Positions 48,834 through 64,000 of a DNA stretch of 64,000 nt are shown here, piece by piece. Numbering within the stretch: the first letter of the stretch is position 1; each line of letters opens with the position of its first letter. The position numbers were made by a program, and so were the translations under genes. The DNA is from Lenisia limosa (Eukaryota; Protista; Breviatea): the NCBI GenBank assembly GCA_001655205.1, contig LPNZ01010852.1, positions 1 through 64,000 of the forward strand, read 5' to 3'. A model generated the notes under the pieces. The model made no database searches and was not told the origin of the DNA. It saw only the letters and a program-made list of their open reading frames with translations.

Positions 48834-51150
48834 TTACGGTGAAGTTGCTGATTTGAACACTTTCATTGCACATGTGCTGAGGGCTGCTGCCTTTATCTCA
48901 TTTGCTGACAGCCATTTGGGTGTACAGGAAGCTATTTCATAAGCAATCACAGACGTCTCACCAGTCGAGAGAATTGGAAGTTTTGAGAGCTTGACTTGGC
49001 CAGCTTGGACTTTAATTGTCATTCGAATATGGGTAAAGACGTGGAGGACATCTGCGCGAGAAGACGTTTCAACCTGCTTGATAAAGACGTTCCGTTGGCA
49101 AGACTGTGAAAAATAGGAATGACTTGAACAGCGTTTATGATTGAAGCAAAAACCCCAGAGAAGAACTGAATTATCATGCTCCTCATACATCAAAAGGCGT
49201 CTCACAGAGAGATTGGAGTGCTTCTGTCGAGGACTCTTTAAAGGGAACAAATTCCTTAATAGTTATTGAAAGGCCCATCAACACTCACCCAAAGGCCTGC
49301 AAGAAGACCCTTTTTCGGTCGTTTTGTGACAAGGTAGAAAACTAAAGTAAGTTGACGTTAACACAAAGAAATGATACCAAACCTTCATCTTTGACTTTAA
49401 CAGAAATGACTGCCATTTTCACAACTTCAGTTCGTTGGGTGGTTGTTTTGACAATATTTGGGTACTAAAAGTAACAATAATGGATGAAGGTACCTTTGTG
49501 ACCTCCGGGGTTGGAGAGTAGGCTCCGTCCCATTCACTACAAAGAGAGCATGAAATATCTTCAATATCTACAAAATAACGTTTGATTTGAACAAACCAGT
49601 CGCAGTGGAAGTATCGAAAACATTTTGCGACTCCTTTAAAGCCCTTAAAAAGTAACATAGAAATATGAGGTGATTCGAACCTGCAGTATTTGGAAATTGG
49701 GCAAATGCTGCATTGCGGAGACTTTGGTGAACACTGCCAGTCAGAATATAATCCATTAACGCAACATATCATTTGAAAATGGCGAATACTTATGAAGGTC
49801 ATGAAATTAAAAAATAGTTCTGTTCAAATCCCCATACCACTCGGCTTCCCAAGTCCATTACGGCCTAAATTGAGTCAAAACTAAGTGAAACACGAGCAAG
49901 TGATTTCTATCATTTATTTATACAATCCAAATTATTGCCACCAACTTGGTTCCAGTCTCCAGGCCGCTCAGAGTCAATTAGTTTCTCACACTGCAAACTA
50001 AACTTGTAACAAATTAATCAAACACCAACGTCACTATCTTCATTCTAAGCTTGGTATCTGGGGTGCCTAAAGCCTTAACACGGCTGAAAACCCTATATTG
50101 TCAGAAAAATACCCAGTTTAGAATACCTCAGAAAGTTGCCATCAACAGCAGGGGTGCGGCGATTGTATATTAGGCTTTGAAGGGACCCCATGCAATAGGG
50201 ACCCACCCCAGGTAACTGTTTCATGTCTGCTGGATTTGAGGGAAACTCTCCATTAAACTAAAAGTGTGAATGGATACGGGTCTCACCTTTTCCATCACCA
50301 TGATAGCAGCATTATGTAAGTAGCCAGCTCTCCGATAGAACCCTAAACCTTTCCACATCTCATGAACTTCCTGAGAGTCACAAATAAGGTTTTCAAACCT
50401 CAAGGGTTGCCTTTGATAAAGCCTCAAAATCAGGCCACTTCTTGACCCATCTTTCGAAATATGGAGATGCTGTTTTGACCTACTCCATGAAAATTTTAGA
50501 AACTAAATAATTGAAAAGGCTTCTATTTTTTTTATTTTTTTTTTGGATATTTACCCAATAACTTAGAACTTTTTCAATTTGCAGAATATACTTATCTGGT
50601 AGTATAATAATTACAGAATTGCCCACTCACCTGCGTTTGTTGGCACATTATTTCACTAACTAAAATTTGGTATGCGTAGACAGAGTCACAAAGTGAAGTC
50701 CTGGATTTTTGAATAGTTGGTTCTGTTAACGACAGAAGCATAATTTAAGGGGTTCTTTGTAGAACGAGGTTGAAACAGACATATTCAGTACCAAGCCATA
50801 CTTTTGGTTTGGTGGAACCCTCCATGGCATAACAGCGGCTGACTTCGAATACCTACAATGTCTTTATCAGCATCCAAGGACAAAGAAACGCCGGTTTTCT
50901 ACAGCCAAACCATCCTCCCCCATACCATGCCAAAAGATCTTCAGTGAAGCTGGATTGTTCAGAAATGCTGAGATGATGGTAGTCTTCTGAATGTCGAGGA
51001 ACATCCTCTGCCTTTGTCTGTGAGACTCAAATTATCCCCAGCCTACAGGCTTTGTGACGACTTCCTTTTTATCTTTGCGCTTCTTAGCAGCTTTTGCCAT
51101 CAGCTCAAAAGCATTCCTTTTCGTCTTTCGAATGAGTTCACATGTAGTTC
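48834..51150 (-). CDS. MUTYH: A/G-specific adenine DNA glycosylase MutY/MUTYH; the start probably lies in or beyond the gap at 51151-51327
   Basis: LLAWY, MPWR, YQILVSEIMCQQTQV, YFERWVKKWP, EVHEMWKGLGFYRRAGYLH, HhH LPGVGPY, AVDGN, PGDWNQ, 4Fe-4S motif CSPKSPQCSICPISKYC, and C-terminal NUDIX-like HVFTHIR. Confidence 0.93.
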
Positions 51151-51717
51151 NNNNNNNNNNNNNNNNNNNNNNNNNNNNNNNNNNNNNNNNNNNNNNNNNN
51201 NNNNNNNNNNNNNNNNNNNNNNNNNNNNNNNNNNNNNNNNNNNNNNNNNNNNNNNNNNNNNNNNNNNNNNNNNNNNNNNNNNNNNNNNNNNNNNNNNNNN
51301 NNNNNNNNNNNNNNNNNNNNNNNNNNNTAGACAGTAGAGTCAAAAGCAGTTCAGAAGACGTTCGTTTTGGATGAAAAGGCTGCTGTCTGCTGCGGCGAGT
51401 GTGCAAAGTGCAGAGGAGAGTGTGAAATTGTGAAATTGGTTAAAAAGTTGAGTGCGGTGGGACCTGAAGGGAACTTGGGAGCAACTTGGGGGGAAGAGGG
51501 GTAAAAAAGGAAGAAGGCTCGGAGGCTGTCTGTCGGNNNNNNNNNNNNNNNNNNNNNNNNNNNNNNNNNNNNNNNNNNNNNNNNNNNNNNNNNNNNNNNC
51601 CGGTTCCGGTTCCAGATCCACCTCTCTTGTTCCACCTACTCTCCTTCTCCTGCTCCTCCCTCTTTCTTTTTGTTTGTCAGCACCACCACGCATACACCAC
51701 ATGATTATTAATTCTAA

Positions 51718-54700
51718 ATGAATGGGCTTGCGTTCATATTTTGGTGGACACTTTTGCTCATGTCTGTCAAAATAGGCAAAGCGGAACACCATCACGATGG
51801 AGCTGTTCAACCGATGTTTGCAGTTTTTTAAATGGATTATTTGTGAAACAATTTAGCCTACTCTTTTTATTCTAATTTATTACGTAGAAATGCTCCAGCA
51901 CCAACATTCAAAGGAGTTGCATTGCCACTATCACGTTTGAAAGTCATTTCACTTTTTCATGATGTTAGGTGAAAAACTAGATATTGGCAATACCCCTTGT
52001 CCTAATGGGGAAGTATGGAGTTGTTTGGTAAGAGTAATATACTATTTATTTTTTCAGGGGAAAGGTTACTGTGAAGGTTTCAGCTATTGCTCTTCAATTG
52101 GGACATGTACGGTAGGTTCTTCGTAGTTCTTTTACCCGTGGTCCAGGAAGGAGGTGAATGTTATCAGTCTTCTGATATTGACTGCCCTTATGGGTTTGTT
52201 GGAATAATATACCCTGCTTAATTTGAACTTTTGTAACGTCTTAGAACGACATGTACCGGAAAGGGGACTTGTGAAGGGTATAGCATATGTCATACTGGAG
52301 TGGGAAGGTGGGTAATGTTTGATGTTGATACTTTTCAGTTGTAATGGATTAATAAAGTGTTCAACATGTGAGATAAACAAGCTATGTGGTTTCAATTGCT
52401 GTCAAGAAGACGAAATTTGTCTTGATGGAATGTGTCTCAGTCCTTGTCCAAAAGAAGCCACTCGATGTGGACAATCATGCTGTGACTCATTTAACTACAA
52501 GTGTATTGATGATGTAAGAATCGTTTTCATTTTCTGAAATTAGGTTTGTACCCCTAGGAGCTGTCCAATTGGTTTTGTGCGGTGCTCCATATCGCCTCTG
52601 GTATGTTGCTCAGAAGCTGAACATCAGGTTAGTGCATTTGGCATGACAAGTAGATTTGTCCCACCTCTGATCATGAATGTCTCCAACTACAGAAATGTCA
52701 AATTGATGAATTTCAGTGTGGCAAATATTTGTGCTGTAACCGTAGGTATAATTGTACTAAATTTGTAGTGCAAGAAGAATGCCAATACTCTCTCAATGAC
52801 AGAGCCAGTTGTGTCCCTCAAACCAAGTAGGTGAACCTGATATTTACAATTCTCAGGTGTAGTCATGGATTCAGTGCTTGTGGTGATGAATGCTGTCATA
52901 ATTTCCTTCAAACCTGTTATCAAAACGAATGCAAGTTATTAGAAATGATACATACTCTAGATCAAGTCACAGGTATGCAATGACCCTATTTAACGTTTAG
53001 ATATTGAAAAATATCTTGAGCACCTACACTACCCTATACTATTGGATGATTTTTCCTATTCTTCCCGAAGACTACAGTCAGGACTCTATTCTTCAGATGG
53101 CATAGGATTCACATCTTTAAAAGTGGGTTCTTTCGCTAGTAAAAATTTAGGGTTTCATTCCTGATAACAAAATGGGGCTAAATATTGCTATCAACAGAAA
53201 TCCTCAAGGTCAGTTTATTATTAGCTAAATTTTTAGGACATTTAGCCCCATTGGTTCGAAATCCTGTTGCAACTTGGACACTATCAATTGGTTGGCATTC
53301 AGTTTTCTAACAACACATGTAGATCAATCACAAGTATCAGACATGAAAGAATCGTCAATAGTGCTAATAGATGGTCCTTTCTCTGGGGCTTCAATTCAAC
53401 AAGGTGGAACAGGCTTTCTTTCAGTAAGGTTATGTTCAAATGCTAAACTTTTCAGACCTCTGTTACTGTCAATGGCGAATTTAGTTTGTTGCTTCAATTG
53501 TTATCCTTTAGGTCCAGCATTGGGAAATGTCACTGTTTCTTCGCTCAATTCAATTAATGAGTCCATTTTTGAGGTACAAGAGACATTTATTAATATTAGG
53601 TGGTACTTCATGACAACCATTTCTATGTCGAGTCTGACTGCTCTGTGGAAATATTCTTTAGTCTCAAAACAAACTTTACTCTTTCTGAATTGCCACCAGT
53701 TGGATGTCCAAGCTGTTACCCTCTAGAATATGAACTGCAATGTCACAAACTTTGAAATTGAATGCATGTATTTGGTATTGTCAGGTTTCTGTTCATGTTT
53801 AGGCTACGCTCAAACCAAACTCTGATGTTGTGGTTGCTCATTTTCAGTTGCAGGAATTCAGTCGAACTGTGGAAAGTGCAGCAATATTCCAAGTGTTTTT
53901 TATGAAATGATTTTAGGTAAAAACGACTCAAACGGAATTCCCAAACTTTAATATTGGCAACCAAATTATTGTGGCTGCGGCAACTGAAAAAGCAAGTATG
54001 GTACCCCATCACAAGTTACTATCAAGCATATTCAACAGATGAAAGTTTTTCAGGAGTTTTCTCGATATTAAAGGAAAAAGCAGCACCTTTCACTGCCCAA
54101 ATGCTTGACCTTCACTCGTTAACCTTTGTTCTTTGTACACCACATGTTTGTAATGTGGTAGACGTCGTTGAAGGTAGTTCATTTCTTTGTTCAACTGACG
54201 GAACAGATTTTGAATACACGATTGACTTCAAGCGTAAATGCAAGTGGGTCATTTGAGCAATGTCTAACAAAGCAGCATCATTGTACCGTTTAAGGTGCTG
54301 GAGGATGAAGACTGGGAAGATAATGCTATTGTCACACTTCGTGTTGTGTTTCAGCTGACATTGAACTCTAAAATGACAACCGCAATAGCTGGTATTCACC
54401 AATCCAATCTTATACCACAGAATTGTCAGTAAATATTGTCCGCTCAGAATCAAATGATGGGTATACTCTAATGAAATCAGTGTTGCTAATTGGTATGCCT
54501 TTATCTGCTAACTTTCAGGCATACTCGTATTGTGCACTTTGGTTGGAGGTGCAATTACATTTCAAGCTCTGAGGTTTGAAATATAGCGACTTACCTCTCT
54601 AGGCTTCGAATAAAAGACCAGGTTGGAGGGAGTGTTGAATGACCAAGTAGCCACAAAGTGACGCTGCCCCTGACACGCAGCTTGAGATGGGGCAAGTTGG

Positions 54701-54785
54701 ATCCTGCGCTGCCATAGAAGTACGATCAAGTTCGTCTTCAAATCTCGTGGATACCCCAGAAGTGATTATTGATGAGCAGTACTGA
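51718..54785 (+). CDS. Putative Cys-rich cell-surface protein (signal peptide, CC-containing repeats, C-terminal TM), multi-exon
   Basis: MNGLAFIFWWTLLLMSVK; LCGFNCCQEDEICLDGMCLSPCPKEATRCGQSCCDSFNYKC; QCGKYLCC; ACGDECCH; hydrophobic ILVLCTLVGGAITFQAL near 54520-54570. It may be more than one gene. Confidence 0.5.
53148..53266. mobile_element. MITE-like foldback element (family C)
   Basis: Ends TAGGGTTTC...GAAATCCT; internal perfect 13-bp inverted repeat AATGGGGCTAAAT (53171-53183) / ATTTAGCCCCATT (53240-53252). Confidence 0.5.
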
Positions 54786-54989
54786 GCAAGGGTTTTTTCT
54801 TAATGTTCTCTAATGTTATGTTATAGCTAATGATATGTAGTATTTAAATGTAATGTATGTCCAAATGATTCACTCAAGTCAAAATTACATTAAGAAGATG
54901 GATTAAATACAAAAAATAAGAATACGAGGAAGCAAAACTTAAGATCCTTCCATCAAACCACATAGTTCAAAGCTCTAATCCTCTGGCTC

Positions 54990-56130
54990 TGTGAGGGGAA
55001 TCTCATCCGGTCCTGTACTGTCAAGAAAAAGGCAAAAACGTGATGCTGAACAAAAGCCAACCATCTTTCAGCCTCTGCCCGAGAGCGTAAGTCTCCTGCT
55101 GAACACTACTACCCTCCTTATTCCTCCAAACTCGAATTTCGTCTTCTCCACATTCGTTATTTTGCTGAAACAGTCAGCACAGCATCAATGCTCAAACCTG
55201 TTCCTTGTCCTCGAGGCCTGAAGACAAGTCACCATCCTTGAGAGACCGCCCGGCCCGAGGCCCTCCTGCTGGTCTGGAACATAAACGAACCCTCGGTGTA
55301 AAGGCTTACGTGACAGAACTGTTAAAGTCGAAAGGCTGCCAAAACACGAACAGCAGCAGCACGGCAAAGAGGAATGCCCCCGTCATGGGCAAGGCTTTTC
55401 GAACCTTCTGTGGCGGCTCCTAGGCGGATGAGAAGATAAATATTTGAAATGGAGCGTACAAGAATGTTTTGATACGTGTCTTCAGCGAAGGACATGGCCG
55501 AAGATGCAACTGCAGCTGGTGGGGGAGGCATCACATCAAATGTGTCTAAAATGTCAAACGGAATTCACGCAAGAGTATTTTGGAATGGGTGAGGTGTATC
55601 AATATCCACCAACCCGTAAGAGGCCGTTTTATTTGGGTGTCTCTGAGTCTCATGTTTCCTTCTTGAAGCCTTGCATTCTAAATGATGAGTTGCTACCGTA
55701 TAGATATACCACCACCACAACCGGCCATGAGGCTTACTTCAGACTCCAGCATTTCCAATCGGTCACGAATAGCGAAGAAGGCCTCTTCAAGCATTGCAAC
55801 ATACACCTTTCTGGAGAAGGTAAAATAGAATGCAACTTGGTTTCCAACTTTTTAGTTCGGCTCAAAGCAGCGGATTGTCTATTCCTCTGCATTCGGGCGG
55901 ATTCAACTGGACCTAAATAGTCAAAAACATCGAGAATGATCACAGTACCTAAATAGTCAAAAACATCGAAAATGATCATAGGAGCAACCAACAGAAGTAC
56001 TCCAAGCGGTCAAAAAGTCAGGAATACCATCAAAACTAACCATGCTTAACAACATCCCAGTAAACTCATATGATACGACATGCATACCGCCATTCTTTGA
56101 TGCATCAGGTCTGTGGGCTACCTCCATTGC
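54990..56130. other. Unresolved coding-like region
   Basis: Open frames on both strands (e.g. the 158-aa + ORF at 55444-55920, and minus-strand stretches with splice-like signals); no family recognised. Confidence 0.2.
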
Positions 56131-56169
56131 AGCCTATTTTTTAGTGAAAGACTGAAAAATTGAGTTGCT

Positions 56170-57780
56170 TCAGACCCCATAAGATGAATCAATATTTGAA
56201 AATAGAAAGTGACCAACATTAATTACTCGCTCGCCCTGGTCAACAAGGTACATCTGAAGTTCTTCAACCGAGAACTTTGGTTTAGCAATGCGCCGGGTGC
56301 GTGCCAACTGTGTGGGGTCTAAAGTGTCACAAAACTTGTCAAGCGTGAGCTGAAAACGAAGCAATTAAAAATAAAGTATTCGCAAAGAATAATATCATTC
56401 AAGCGCAAACAATGATATAGTCTAGGATATCATAATCATGAAAGACCCTGAGTCGCACCGTCATGAGGCTCGTCAACAGGTTGACTGATCGAAGTTACTC
56501 GCAGGGCCTCCTGGGCTCTTTTACGTGCAAAGGGTGGCGGGCACTGCAGAAGTGAGGGGAAATGAAGAATATGCAATAAAGAGAAGTCAGAAATAAAAGA
56601 AGAGGATTATTCAAATGAAGTGAAACGGTGGGTATTGAAGTTTGAGAGATGTAGCAAGACCCACGATTGGCCTTGTTGTCGATGTAGCACTTGGGTTAGA
56701 GCACGTATCGGAGGTACTCACAAAGAACGGTACACCTTGTAGCGGGGTATTGACAACTGCTTCTTCTTTGTTGTAAGAGAAAGCAAAAGAGCATTGAAAG
56801 TAAACCTAATAATGCTCCCAATAGAAAAAAAACAGGACTGGTCAGCAAATGGTTAAGTCCTAACCTCATACCTTGAGTAGGAGGTGGATACAGGGGCTGC
56901 GCCTCCGGGTGTGGGTCGGGGAACAAACTGGTGGCAAAGGGATCACTCTCATAGGGATCGTCGGGGAAAACCGTTTCAAAAACGGCACCCTCAGAATAAG
57001 TCTGACCGCCAAGAACAGTGGTGCTGATTGAGGGCGTTTCTGGGGGGTTAGGAGACCGACCAGGACTAACCGTCAAAATCCGTCAGAGGGAACTCTTTGA
57101 AGGAAGATGTGGAGCTAGAAAATAGGGTGTCAGGGTTTTGAGGTTCGGATAAGGGGTCAAAGGCTGACAGAAACATTGCTTCCTGGAATATTAAACTCGA
57201 TTCTTCCGTTCATGCCACCTCTTATTGAAGGAAAACTACTGATTAAAATTGACAACTTACAACCTATAATTACTATCATAAACAATCCCAATTCCCAAAA
57301 TATAATCAGTATTTGAGCACCAGCTTTTGCCAGTTCAAATGCCAGGGTGTCAGACCTGAGAGTTGGTGGAGTTGGCAGGGGAGGGGTAGAACCGGTCAAA
57401 CTCAACAACATCGTCATTCCTAAGTCATTAAAAGATAACATTAAAGAGACTCCAACTGTCCAGTTGATGAATGTGCAAGGGACGCACTCTCTTCTGAGAA
57501 ATGATCTTCCATGGGAATCGGAAAAGGTGGGTAGTGCAAGTTAAGCTTCAAACGGAAATATATATGTATTATCTTTTATTTCTTGTTGATAAATAGGGGA
57601 ACTGTACAGGGAAAGCTAAAGGGTGGCTTGTAAACAGGCCAAAAGTGTTTTCGAACACGCTGTAAAGGGTATAAACTCTGGGGGAACAACAAATGGTATA
57701 ACTGCCAACAATTGTCAAAATATATCCTCTATGTAAACAGCTTCCCAGGAACGTTTGATTTTTAATACAAGAAAACTAAT
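56170..57780 (-). CDS. Putative membrane protein with a Pro/Thr-rich stalk and a TM helix
   Basis: ORF 56696-57076 is P/T/S-rich and followed by VFFLLGALLGLLSMLFCFLL; flanking minus-strand exon-like stretches; boundaries uncertain. Confidence 0.3.
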
Positions 57781-57824
57781 TTGATTGAGAGGAAGAACAA
57801 ACCTTTTGTCAGGTCTTTCTGACC

Positions 57825-64000
<6,176 letters not shown>

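Noticed and set aside
2542-53266. TTAGGG/CCCTAA at element ends as telomeric repeats
   Set aside because: Single units only, explained by TA target plus GGG terminus; no tandem array
56170-56364. BCS1/AAA-lid-like motif (KFSVEELQMYL)
   Set aside because: No Walker A/B motifs in neighbouring exons; too short to support a call

Overview
Eukaryotic genomic DNA from a flagellated protist that I cannot identify. It uses the standard genetic code, is very intron-dense (mostly ~30-60 nt GT-AG introns) and has 13 N-gaps. Genes in order: a 5'-partial axonemal outer-arm dynein heavy chain of the DNAH5/8 (gamma) type (+, 1-21158); an intronless divergent histone H3/H4 pair; a poorly resolved helical-protein gene; an S10 serine carboxypeptidase; an ankyrin-repeat protein; a ~14 kb gene for an unrecognised giant type-I membrane protein; a small secreted protein; a MutY glycosylase; a Cys-rich membrane protein; and the 3'-partial largest subunit of RNA polymerase III. 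Main findings: (1) The H3-H4 locus is a quasi-palindromic cassette. It has a 152-bp palindromic promoter centred on two back-to-back E2F-type sites, ~96% identical inverted 3'UTRs that each carry a 6-bp-stem/4-nt-loop hairpin, and a stray inverted 34-bp copy of H3 coding sequence nearby. (2) Several TA-flanked MITE families sit in introns. (3) Tandem duplications of 10-40 bp that copy splice junctions are widespread. Exon structures were read by eye, so internal boundaries and the low-confidence gene ends are approximate.
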